This document shows, one piece after another, positions 17,032-26,323 of a stretch of DNA of 64,000 nt. The stretch lies in IMG/VR virus record IMGVR_UViG_3300044680_000048, positions 47,991-111,990 of that record; one strand, 5' to 3'. The position numbers were made by a program, and so were the translations under genes. Each line of letters opens with the position of its first letter. The first letter of the stretch is position 1. The stretch comes from a virus. Below the pieces are notes generated by a model. It saw nothing but the letters and a program-made list of their open reading frames with translations. It made no database searches and was not told where the DNA came from.

Positions 17032-17529
17032 CTACTGAACTACAAACTGAGAGGTACTGGTGTAACCTTGTCCATCACCCCGGAGTTTACTAGCCGTAGC
17101 TAAATAACCCGCACTAACAGTGTGCCAGTTCTCACCTGCCGTACAGACGTACAGGCAAAGGACAGTGAATACACCTTGAGTGCTTGTGAAGGTTGAACCT
17201 GTTCCTGAATCTTGCATCAAGACGCCTACCCAAGAGGCAGCAGAAGTTGTATAGAAGATTAGGTCTTGGATCGTGGTCGTATTGAAGGTTGCACTAGCAG
17301 CTCCAGCATAGGTGATAGCACCTGAAGAAGCAGCAGCAGCTACTTTAACAACATTGGACCCAGAGGCGGTTTGTCCAATTACCATTACTACACCAGGAAC
17401 ACCCATATGGAAAGTTCCGGAAGCACTGGAGTTAGACGGATAGATTGAGGGGAGTCCCAGATCAGCTACTGGGAGAACTTGGGAACCAGCGAGTTTAAAT
17501 GCTTGTCCACCAGCTTCAGGTAATGCCAT
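17032..17529 (-). CDS. Ala/Gly/Ser/Thr-rich virion-module protein
   Basis: 165 aa between TerL and the portal gene, with its own terminator. Its composition resembles the two small paralogs, but similarity is weak. Confidence 0.5.
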   Translation of the reverse strand: MALPEAGGQAFKLAGSQVLPVADLGLPSIYPSNSSASGTFHMGVPGVVMVIGQTASGSNVVKVAAAASSGAITYAGAASATFNTTTIQDLIFYTTSAASWVGVLMQDSGTGSTFTSTQGVFTVLCLYVCTAGENWHTVSAGYLATASKLRGDGQGYTSTSQFVVQ

Positions 17530-17658
17530 TTATTTAAATGTCCTTTTTTATAGAGGGGTAAAAATCATCCCGTTCCCATTTAAGGTATCAAAGATAACAT
17601 TAATTATTTTAGCTGGTAAACCTAAAGTTTAGGTTTATGTTTACAAGGATCGGCCAAA

Positions 17659-20583
17659 TTACCAGAGACGGAAGCCCAGTCCACCTAAGAACTCCTTAAA
17701 GGATTGATTTTCCTTTCGGTCTATCTCATCTTGGATTTGTTGTTGAGCGGATCTTTGATGGCGGGAAGATTCTGTTTCATGTCCTTCATTAGTTCCCATT
17801 TGAGGAGTTTTATCTTTTCTTTCCGGCACATCCTTATATATAGTTTCTATTTCACCAGAAGGTTTTTGTTCAACTGAAACTTTATCTACAATAACAAGAC
17901 CGGCGGAATCCTTCATATCCTTCAATATATTATATTGATGGTAGATGACATAGGAGAGAGCATCAGTAGGGTGAGTCATACAGTAAATTCTGTCTCTGCG
18001 GGTAGCCCGCTTAGCATTAGCATCCCCATTAGGGTCCAGTTGATCCCTGAGGGATTTATCCTTCCACTTAAGTTCTTCCAGAGATTTAATAGTATTTTCA
18101 CAATTGGGGGAGATTAGAAGAAATCCATCCTCACATGCGTGGTTCATGGTATCCGTTCTTTCTTTAATGGGCATAGTATTGGTATCTGTGACCATTTCAC
18201 AGAAGAAACCATTACCTTCAAGGATTCTAATAATCTGTGCCGGACGAGTAAGTTCACGGGAAGTCTGTCCTCCCCATCCATGAGGATCACAGAAGATGAA
18301 AACTGTCTGACCTAAATAGTCTGGCTTATATCTCCGGACAAATTCATTAGCTACGTCTACAACATTAGCTCCCCCATATGGATTATCCATAGTAGGACCA
18401 AACATTACTATTTCATCTTTAACGGTAAATTTTCCATCTTCATATTGTCCAATGATAGAGCATTGAGGTTTAAGGTTAAAATCTAAAGCCCAGAAGTAAT
18501 CCTTGGTGGGATCAATATCCGATTTTTCTTCTAAAACATTACCTAGAAGGGTGAATTTATTGTATACATAATCGTCCCGGATATCCATGTTGGTCTTACC
18601 CTGAACATAGATTTTAAACATAGTCTCATCATAGGTATCTAACATTCCCTGAAAGTAGTCTGCGGGAAGATGTTTATTATGCATTGACTCGGATTTGATT
18701 ACCCGAGTATATTGTTGATCTCCGGGACAGAAGAATCTTTCTCCTTTCCACGTCCAATAGTCCTTAGAAGACTTACAGCTGGGACACTTGTAATCTAATC
18801 CATCCTTTTCCCAAGTAACCCTTTTCTGATAGGAAAGAAGACATTTAATACAAATCTGACATTGACAAGGTTTTCCTACTGATATTTCTACGGGGTGTTC
18901 AGAAGTGTCAACTCCATCGAAGCGTTTAAATTCAAACTCTTGATTCATCCAACCGTCACGGGTTTTTTCTGGATTTGTACAAAGAATAATCTGCCTAACT
19001 TCTGGAATATTTAAACGCAGACGGGAAAGCAAAGTATAATAAGAGTCCGCATTAGGTAGAAGGTGAGGTTCTTCTACTCCAATGATTCCTGCGTTAGCTC
19101 CAACTATTTTAATGAAATTAGTTAAATTGACTAAAGTTAAATCCGAACCATTTGCAAATCTTAAATTATTCTGTTGATCCGAGAGTCTATTAAGGATTGC
19201 CGGATGATCCCATTCCTCATCAATAGTGAACATTGTCTTAAGGGTGGGTATCAGGTTTCTTTTCAATAGAGGAGCATCCATCCCGCCAATGATAGATTTA
19301 CATCCAGGATTGCTACAAAGTGCATCGACGATGCAAGCGTCCATTCCAAAACTGTTATGAACAACAGTGAAGTCATCTAGAAGAAAAAGAGAATCTCCAT
19401 CAACAGTAAATCCATAATAGTTACCCACGCCTAGTTTTTTAATAGTAACCCCAGTAACTAAAGGATCTTTCTTTAATGGGGAAAACCTAATCTTTTTTCT
19501 TTCAATTTTCGTAGGTATTCTATAAACATCTCCATAAATACAAACTTCATAACAAGTATGTACTGCTCCAGTAGAGATATTACCAGAAGCCCTTTTTTCT
19601 ACTCTGTCTCTTTTACGAAAGGTAACTCCCAGTCCTAAACTTTTTGCAAGAAACTCAATTTGTTTGGCAATTAATTCATTTTTTTGAGTTATTGTAAAAG
19701 AAGCTTTACCACCTTTATCATTTTTAGAGACTGTTCCATCACTATCTATTAAGCCAGCCAAAAACTGTAATCTATCACTTTCGGAACTTGTTAGGTAATC
19801 ATGAGGTATGTGTTTATTATTTAAAACATTAAGTTCTCTTAAGTTATTTAAAAAAGTATTACACCCTTTGGACCTTGAATTAATAGAAGTGGTTGAATAA
19901 TGTAAATTGTCGCCATGATCTGTTAGTTTTAATCCTAATTTTAAGGCATACTCTTCAAAATAATTAACTACCTCAAAATCTGGACTGGTTATTCTAGTAT
20001 TATTAGAATTTCCATTTCCAACCCAATAGGATAATATATAAGGATCTATTAATAATTCTTTAGTGTTAGGGAAATTAATTAGGCTACTTCGATAAATCCT
20101 ATGTCTTTTTTGGTCATGTTTAGATAAGGATAAATATTCCTTTACTGATAAATTTTTTATAGTTCCATTAGGTACCTTATAAAGGTCAGTAGTTTTCAAA
20201 GAAAGAATATGGGATTCATTACAAATAAAAGATGAACCCTTATTGGGAATTACCTTGTATAACATATCCTCTCCTTTAGCTAAAGAAAGGACATTTCTAG
20301 GCTTAGAGTCAGGTCCCATTACCTGATCTCCCTCTACCACATCTTGAACCATTTTAATGGTCCCATCATACATTAATATGGGGGTATCAATCCCAAAACA
20401 CTTACCTGAACTTTTTTAGCCGAAGCCACCCACAGAAATTAATGCATCACTGGTATGCCAGTGAGGGCGTTTATTTGGCGGCATCTTCGAAATAAAGTAG
20501 CGCTTTTGTAATTCATTAGGACCAGGTTCAGCAGATTTAGAACCGGTAGTCCAGAGATTCACAGGTGGAATAGGCTTCGACAT
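17659..20583 (-). CDS. terL: terminase large subunit, interrupted by an intein and carrying an in-frame TAA in the Walker A motif
   Basis: - The hand-translated N-extein runs from the ATG at 20583 and reads ...HWHTSDALISVGGFG*KSSGK. The intein then starts with Cys (20400-20398) and the C-extein starts with Ser, giving G-x4-GKS.
- The C-extein has Walker B IIGVEE, the coupling motif CTNP, and nuclease aspartates at LDFN, FCDPHG and TDAL.
- The stop codon is at 20418-20416, in the same frame as both flanks. Confidence 0.85.
19354..20400 (-). mobile_element. intein (349 aa) with LAGLIDADG homing-endonuclease domain, inserted in the TerL P-loop
   Basis: It begins CFGIDTPILMYDG and has block B NESH. 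Two LAGLIDADG motifs are present (YILSYWVGNGNS and LQFLAGLIDSDGTV). It ends FTVVHN, followed by the +1 Ser. Confidence 0.85.
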
Positions 20584-20597
20584 ATATCACCTCCTAA

Positions 20598-21167
20598 TTA
20601 TTCATCGTCATCATCAAAATACTGATGATTATCAGTAGTAATCCTCTTAGGATCTACAACTTCTGTCACTTCTAAATGATTTCCAGAACCTGCTAGGTCT
20701 GTATTACCAGAAGTCATCTGAACTTGTTTAAGTCTTTCCGATTGAACTACTATCTGTAATAGACGGAGTTCATTCTGGATGACCATATTGGTTTCTTCCC
20801 GCGCTTGTTTATTTGCATCAATAGCCGCTTTAAGGTCAACCTTATATATAGGATTACCTAAGGCATCTGCTCCACTAGGAACTCCTTCTTCCGCCATCTT
20901 AGCTATTCGTTTATAATTATCTAACCGGACTCTAGGGGAAGACATTTCATGAGATTCTAAATCCTCTCGGGCAAACTTCCTTAAAATATTTATATCAGAT
21001 TTGTATTGACGGGAGATTTGCCCTATAATAGACTCAATAGATTCTTCGGAAGAAGTTTCCCGGAAGACTCTTCGATATTTGTCCTTAACTGCATAAATAT
21101 TGTCAGTTCTGGCCATTTCAGTAATGAGCCAAACTTTCTTATAAAAGGGGAACTCTTCATCTATCAT
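20598..21167 (-). CDS. terminase small subunit (putative, by position)
   Basis: 189-aa ORF immediately upstream of terL, with an acidic C-terminus. No motif proof. Confidence 0.4.
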   Translation of the reverse strand: MIDEEFPFYKKVWLITEMARTDNIYAVKDKYRRVFRETSSEESIESIIGQISRQYKSDINILRKFAREDLESHEMSSPRVRLDNYKRIAKMAEEGVPSGADALGNPIYKVDLKAAIDANKQAREETNMVIQNELRLLQIVVQSERLKQVQMTSGNTDLAGSGNHLEVTEVVDPKRITTDNHQYFDDDDE

Positions 21168-21175
21168 GCTTAGGA

Positions 21176-21643
21176 GTGTATAAAATAGTGGGTCAAGAAG
21201 AAAAAAGAATTACGGAAACCCTATTAAAGACGGCTAAACCCCTAAGATTGAAAGAGGAGATTAAGCTTCGTCCCGCCTTCGTAGATGAATATCTAGAAGC
21301 AGATAAGAATGAAAAAATCTGGAAGAAGAAGAAAGATGAGATAAAAATTGAACTTCTTCCTTTCTTGCGGGAAAACCCTCTTCTAGAAGATATTTATATA
21401 GCTAGACCCAAGGGAAAGCCTAAGTATGATCCAGATAAGTTATATGAATGGGTGGTTTCCCAAAACCTTCCGCCGGAAGTCCTTGAGGAAATTACTATAA
21501 AGACCATTGACACAGATAAGCTCTCTGAGATATACAAGAGGAATCTGATAGGTCTTCCCCCAGAAGATTGTTATGAAGTTAAAGAAGATTCAGAACGGTT
21601 AGAGATCCCAGCTAATAGGCGTAGGAAGAAAGATGAAAGTTAG
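21176..21643 (+). CDS. hypothetical protein (155 aa)
   Basis: GTG start after TAGGAG. It is the first gene of the rightward arm. Confidence 0.45.
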   Translation: MYKIVGQEEKRITETLLKTAKPLRLKEEIKLRPAFVDEYLEADKNEKIWKKKKDEIKIELLPFLRENPLLEDIYIARPKGKPKYDPDKLYEWVVSQNLPPEVLEEITIKTIDTDKLSEIYKRNLIGLPPEDCYEVKEDSERLEIPANRRRKKDES

Positions 21644-21815
21644 AACTGTGGCCTATTTACATGGTGATAAATATTCTATGAGAGATTTAGGAAGTGAGCT
21701 GGGTTTAACAGAAGATGCTATAGATCGTTTTAGGTATGCACTTTATGAGGTAGAGATAACTCTAGAAGTAGATACTGAAACTGGGGAATACACTATTATT
21801 TCCGTAAAAGAATAA
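21633..21815 (+). CDS. hypothetical protein (60 aa)
   Basis: Overlapping junctions with both neighbours. Confidence 0.4.
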   Translation: MKVRTVAYLHGDKYSMRDLGSELGLTEDAIDRFRYALYEVEITLEVDTETGEYTIISVKE

Positions 21816-21816
21816 A

Positions 21817-24657
21817 TTGTCCAACCTTTCCACTATCCTTAAATACCTTCCGGCTTTTAAGAAGAAATTTATACTTTCTTCTACAACTAAGTACGGTCAA
21901 CAGTGGTTGGCTGTAGATAAACACAAAGATCCTCTTCCTAACTGGAAGGCTCAGTATGATGACCAAAGAAGAAAAGGAATTCCGATAACTAAGGAAGTCC
22001 TGATTAACCATTTCAATGCTCAACCTAAGTACTCTAAGAAGATCCTTTCCCAAAAGATGGGAGGTGGAGTAGTTGATGCTGTATGGGGAATGTGGGGTGT
22101 CTGTCTTAATTTCGATGGTTTTGTCAGTCCTATTATTATAGATGCTGATAGTGATGAACTTATTGACCTCTTTGAGGAGAAACTTCGCCCTCAACTAATA
22201 AAGCATGACATTGAGTATATTGAAGAATACAGAGGTGTAGATAATGAAAGACGCCATTATATTCTCTTTGCCGATGACCTTGAAACTAAGTGGACTAATG
22301 CCCTTTTAAATCAATTCCGGTTAGATGCTGGAGTAGATAAAAAAGAATGGTTTCCAGAAATCTACCCTTATCTAGATAGAGATCAGGCTCTATGTAGTAT
22401 GCCTTTCGGTCTCTATCTAAAGACTATGAGTGTTAAATGGGGGAGATTTGGTAAGAGTGAAATTACCAATCTAGAAGAAGGAATGCAGTCTGTAATTGAT
22501 TGTAAGCCTATTACTCTAGATAAGCTTCAATCTCTTCTAAAAGCAACTCCTAAAGAAGAGAAGAAGATCTATAAGATTCCAGAAAAGGTTATTATAAAAC
22601 CTACTTCTGACCTTCCCGTTCCCTTAGATGTTCCGGAATACATTGCTGAAGTAGGAAAACGCTGTCAGGCTATTAATAGACTCCTCCACAATATCCAAGA
22701 TCCTAATGCAGTAGAAGACCATGAAGTTGGATTAGGTCTTGCCGCAATGGCTACTCTCAATGACAATATCCACAAGGACCAAGAGGGAAAAGATTGGATG
22801 GGAACTCTCCCTCTGGGAGTAAACTCACCGGAACAAAATCTCCTTTACTATTACCCCAAACGGGGAGGAACTCCTACTTGTGCTACTTGGGAAAGATTAT
22901 TAGATGCTTGTGAAGGTTGTCCCTTTAAAGGGCACATTACGACTCCTAAGCAGCTTTATAAAGCAGAAACTATTGAACGGGAAAAAATAGGAGAAATCCG
23001 TATTGCCTCTAAAGAAGAGATTAGAGCAGAAGTCTTCCCGCAAGTAGATAAATTAATCGATAATGCTCTAGATAGTAATCAGAGAGTAGATATCCTACTA
23101 GAGTCAGTCCAGGATTCCGGGAAGTCTTATTACGTAGATCAGCTTGCAGTTCGGCTTTCAAGAGAAGGAAAAAAGGTCTGTATCTCTTGTAACAGTACTG
23201 ATGTGGCTTTAGAGCATAAGAGCAGAATAGAATTCAGCCAAGACGGAAGTCCTACTGGAGCCAAGGCTTTCATTATGGCTTCCTACAATGCTATCTTTGA
23301 GAAATTCTCTAACGGAATTACTTGTCCCAAGTCTGAAGAAATCCAAGACCTAATTAGCTTGGGGGTAGATTCCTCCTACTTCAAAGAACGGTACTGTAAG
23401 AAGTGTCCATACTATGACACTTGTAATTACCCGAAACAGTATTCTCAGGTTCAAGAAGAGAAATATGATATTGTAATTATCCAACATGCCCATATGGCAT
23501 GTACTGAGGTTATCCGGCAACTCTTTGCTAAAGAATTTGATATCTTAATTATTGATGAGACTTTTATAGACCAGATTACCACTCAACTAAAACCTACTGA
23601 AGCTGAGTTGGAACTATTTGAAGATATTCCGGAACCCCCTAATTGGATTAAACACCTTCGGAAGTGGCTTAAGGGTGGAAACTATCCAGGACCTAAATTA
23701 AAACCTTCCAGAGACGATTTAAAACCTCTCCTAGCTCTTCATAAGGATAAAGGTATTCCCTATAGAGTAGATCAGTTTATCCGCCTCTATAACGATGATG
23801 AGTGGCTAGATGAAGCAGTAGGAGTAATGAAGTTTGTTCCTTTGCCGGAACCTACTGTAAGACTCCTTACAGATGCTACTCCTTCAATAGAAGAACTTCG
23901 AATAGTTCTAGATAATCCAGATATTATTAGAGTGGGAGGAGGGATAGTTATTGATCCCTCTTGCTATCATGAGAGAAGTAAGAATTATCAGATTCTAGAT
24001 TCTAAAGCTTCTAAACAGCAGATGCTTAAAAATGAGAAACTCTATGAGTATCTAGAGTGGGTTGGGGATCTTATGCGGGGTAAGTATAAAGATCTTACTG
24101 CCTTAATTACTGTACATATGGAAGCAGAACAAGATGCCTGGGATTGGTTAATCCGGAATTATCCGGAAACTATTTCCCGAATACAAATTAATCACATGAG
24201 TGTAGGAAGTAATGAATGGGCTAAGTTCAATGTCCAATTTATTCTTGCTTCCCCCTACATTGACTATAAAACAGTGCGGGAACAAGTTTATAAGTTGAAG
24301 TTCATTAAGAACTACTTCTTGAGAATGAAGGAGCTTCCCTCTGAACCTAATAGGTATCCAGGATTCCTTACTAGTAATTCAAAGCCAGAAAAGCCTTTAT
24401 GGAAACCGGTTAGACGGAACCATAGAGACGGGATATACAATTATCCCCAGTTCGTCTATGCAGTCCCTTGTGATAAAGATGAACAACTAGTTTCCCGAAG
24501 ACTTATCGGGAAGACTCAACAAGCGGGAAGAATTAGACATAGTGCCGGAAAAGTCAATATTATTTACTTTCTTGACAGTAGCCCTATGGACGGAATGTTA
24601 ATAGATGAAGTCTTTACAGAAGCAGAAATCCTGAACCCTATAAGAATTCAGGAATAA
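21817..24657 (+). CDS. primase-polymerase (AEP-like) / helicase fusion
   Basis: 946 aa.
- N-terminus: IIIDADSD (DxD) and ERRHYILF (sxH-like) resemble AEP prim-pol motifs.
- Middle: Cys cluster CATWERLLDACEGCPFKGH.
- C-terminal half: Walker A QDSGKSY, Walker B DILIIDETF and an arginine motif QQAGRIRH. Confidence 0.65.
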   Translation: MSNLSTILKYLPAFKKKFILSSTTKYGQQWLAVDKHKDPLPNWKAQYDDQRRKGIPITKEVLINHFNAQPKYSKKILSQKMGGGVVDAVWGMWGVCLNFDGFVSPIIIDADSDELIDLFEEKLRPQLIKHDIEYIEEYRGVDNERRHYILFADDLETKWTNALLNQFRLDAGVDKKEWFPEIYPYLDRDQALCSMPFGLYLKTMSVKWGRFGKSEITNLEEGMQSVIDCKPITLDKLQSLLKATPKEEKKIYKIPEKVIIKPTSDLPVPLDVPEYIAEVGKRCQAINRLLHNIQDPNAVEDHEVGLGLAAMATLNDNIHKDQEGKDWMGTLPLGVNSPEQNLLYYYPKRGGTPTCATWERLLDACEGCPFKGHITTPKQLYKAETIEREKIGEIRIASKEEIRAEVFPQVDKLIDNALDSNQRVDILLESVQDSGKSYYVDQLAVRLSREGKKVCISCNSTDVALEHKSRIEFSQDGSPTGAKAFIMASYNAIFEKFSNGITCPKSEEIQDLISLGVDSSYFKERYCKKCPYYDTCNYPKQYSQVQEEKYDIVIIQHAHMACTEVIRQLFAKEFDILIIDETFIDQITTQLKPTEAELELFEDIPEPPNWIKHLRKWLKGGNYPGPKLKPSRDDLKPLLALHKDKGIPYRVDQFIRLYNDDEWLDEAVGVMKFVPLPEPTVRLLTDATPSIEELRIVLDNPDIIRVGGGIVIDPSCYHERSKNYQILDSKASKQQMLKNEKLYEYLEWVGDLMRGKYKDLTALITVHMEAEQDAWDWLIRNYPETISRIQINHMSVGSNEWAKFNVQFILASPYIDYKTVREQVYKLKFIKNYFLRMKELPSEPNRYPGFLTSNSKPEKPLWKPVRRNHRDGIYNYPQFVYAVPCDKDEQLVSRRLIGKTQQAGRIRHSAGKVNIIYFLDSSPMDGMLIDEVFTEAEILNPIRIQE

Positions 24658-24661
24658 CTGA

Positions 24662-24847
24662 TTACGCATCTTGCGTTACGCTTAAAACGTAATTACATTT
24701 CTCACACTGACAAGTTCTCGTACCCTTCAATAATTTTATATTGACACAGCAGGAAGAACACAGTTGACAATCTACTGCTTTAGTTCCACCACAGCACTTG
24801 TTGCCGGAATCTTCTTCATGACACTCATGACACCACCATTCAGTCAT
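24662..24847 (-). CDS. hypothetical Cys-rich protein (61 aa, 11 Cys)
   Basis: CHEC...CC...CQLCSSCC...CQCEKC. Its start overlaps the stop of the PTH2 remnant. Confidence 0.45.
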   Translation of the reverse strand: MTEWWCHECHEEDSGNKCCGGTKAVDCQLCSSCCVNIKLLKGTRTCQCEKCNYVLSVTQDA

Positions 24848-25202
24848 AGAAGTTTTAAATCTCCAGTAAAAGGGGCTAAGACAGAAGAGTAATCAGGACC
24901 TAGCGCAGCGCATGTAAAAGTAGGAACTCCATGAAACTCCATAGCTCCATTATCAACTATTCGGGAAACTCTTATTCCGGCTTCTTCTGCTAAATCACAA
25001 AGGCTAGAAAGTTTCTCCTCTGAGAGACAGTAGGGGAAAAACCACAACAGTCTGGATTTCCACACCCAGAATAGTTCATTACAGGCTTAAGAGAATCTGT
25101 GAGAAACTTCATAGAAGCGTGAGAAACTTGAGACGAAGTTTTTCCTATAGACATTTTAAGGTCTTTTCTGACAACTATGACTTGTTTAATTTTGTCTTCC
25201 AT
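24844..25202 (-). pseudogene. peptidyl-tRNA hydrolase PTH2-like gene, frameshifted
   Basis: The N-terminus KQVIVVRKDLKMSIGKTSSQVSHAS and C-terminus LSEEKLSSLCDLAEEAGIRVSRIVDNG...ALGP...TGDLKLL match the PTH2 (PF01981-type) pattern but lie in different frames. The central CGNP / TVVVFP segment matches CGQPKVVVKAP only if a third frame is read between about 25060 and 25025. Confidence 0.7.
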
Positions 25203-25544
25203 TTATCCTCCTATAGAATCTGGAACATCATCTAGATTCAAACCTTTCAGTTCTTCTATGTCAGTAGAAGGAGGAGAACCCCCAATGGTTACTACGGCAG
25301 TAAGTTCCTTACCTATCTTTCCGGAATGGTTTGGTAGGAACTCTAAGGTAAACTTATTACCACCTTCCCATTTAATAATCCCCCCGGCACGGCTAATAAC
25401 CTTCAGGAGGGTAAGACTCTCATAATCCTTAACTAACTTATTAGTAACATTAATGAAAGTACTTAGTAGAAGCTCATCTGGATTACTCCCTTTATTGTAC
25501 TGCTCTATATAGGCCTTAAGCAAATCAAATTCTTCTTTATTCAT
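25203..25544 (-). CDS. hypothetical protein (113 aa)
   Basis: It shares KL(V/I)KD(Y/W)E(S/R)L with the upstream ORF 25541-25780, a possible paralog pair. Confidence 0.5.
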   Translation of the reverse strand: MNKEEFDLLKAYIEQYNKGSNPDELLLSTFINVTNKLVKDYESLTLLKVISRAGGIIKWEGGNKFTLEFLPNHSGKIGKELTAVVTIGGSPPSTDIEELKGLNLDDVPDSIGG

Positions 25545-25780
25545 TTTCCGTCCACCGAGTATTCATTTTCATCTAAGCTTGACTCTTCCAATAAGGTATT
25601 AAATCCATTAATTGACATACCAACAACTTCTTCAAAAGATAGTCTTTCCCAATCCTTTATTAACTTTTCACTAATTTCAACAAGAAGAGAAATATCTTCT
25701 GTCTCTAAAACAAACTCACTTTTAAGAAGATTTAATAGACTTCTTAATTTAAATATCTCTAACTGAGTCATTACCGGCAC
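25541..25780 (-). CDS. hypothetical protein (79 aa)
   Basis: See 25203-25544. Overlapping start/stop junctions. Confidence 0.5.
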   Translation of the reverse strand: MPVMTQLEIFKLRSLLNLLKSEFVLETEDISLLVEISEKLIKDWERLSFEEVVGMSINGFNTLLEESSLDENEYSVDGK

Positions 25781-25839
25781 TCCTTACATCCACAAGTTTT
25801 CAGTCCAATCTTTAAGTTTTTTGTAATCTTTCGGTTCCA

Positions 25840-25971
25840 TTAGAATTCCACTTCTCCAAATACTGATTCTAGAAATTCATGAATATCTGCTGACCAATCT
25901 ACACACTCATAAGAGTAGTAGGAATACATGAATTCAATAAATTTGTCTACTTGTTCTCCGGTTAGATTCAT
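25840..25971 (-). CDS. hypothetical small protein (43 aa)
   Basis: The internal ATG at 25971 (MNLTGEQVDKF...) has AAGGA about 8 nt upstream. The longer track ORF (to 26052) lacks an SD. Confidence 0.4.
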   Translation of the reverse strand: MNLTGEQVDKFIEFMYSYYSYECVDWSADIHEFLESVFGEVEF

Positions 25972-26286
25972 TATATTTTCCTTAAACCCTACGCTAGCTG
26001 TATACGTTCTCTCATCTTTCTTTATTTTCCCTCTTAAAAAAGAAGTCCACACTGCTTACTATCTAGTTACATGTTATCTAAGATAACTACTGTCATATAG
26101 TTATATAGGTAATTACTATAAAGTAGTAACATACTTAAAACAGTATTCACGCTCCCTTCGGTCGCTGAGTCATGATAGCATAGATTTGGGCGTTTACAAC
26201 ATTAAGTTTTTTTCTTTTTGGGAATATCTTCGAACAATTACGAAAAGCTAAAATTAAAGATGACAACCGTTTCCACCGGAAACATC

Positions 26287-26295
26287 TGTTATACT
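26287..26295 (+). promoter_or_regulatory. extended -10 promoter TGtTATACT
   Basis: Lies 28 nt upstream of the ATG at 26324. An AAAGGAG SD sits between them. Confidence 0.4.
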
Positions 26296-26323
26296 AAATT
26301 CAATACTAATAAAGGAGTACCTT

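Noticed and set aside
20416-20418. A gene-60-style translational bypass, with take-off at GGC before the TAA and landing at GGT 12 nt downstream.
   Set aside because: I cannot support it from sequence alone. There is no obvious take-off hairpin or nascent-peptide signal, and simple readthrough preserves a perfect GxxxxGKS P-loop. It is listed only as an alternative in the terL finding.
25025-25065. A programmed -1 frameshift at the GGTTTTTCCCC run, as the mechanism joining the two PTH2 ORFs.
   Set aside because: A single -1 slip would skip the conserved TVVVFP strand, which is readable only in the third frame. The homology pattern needs two +1 shifts in non-slippery contexts, so decay or sequence error is more parsimonious. 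I kept it as an alternative under the PTH2 finding.
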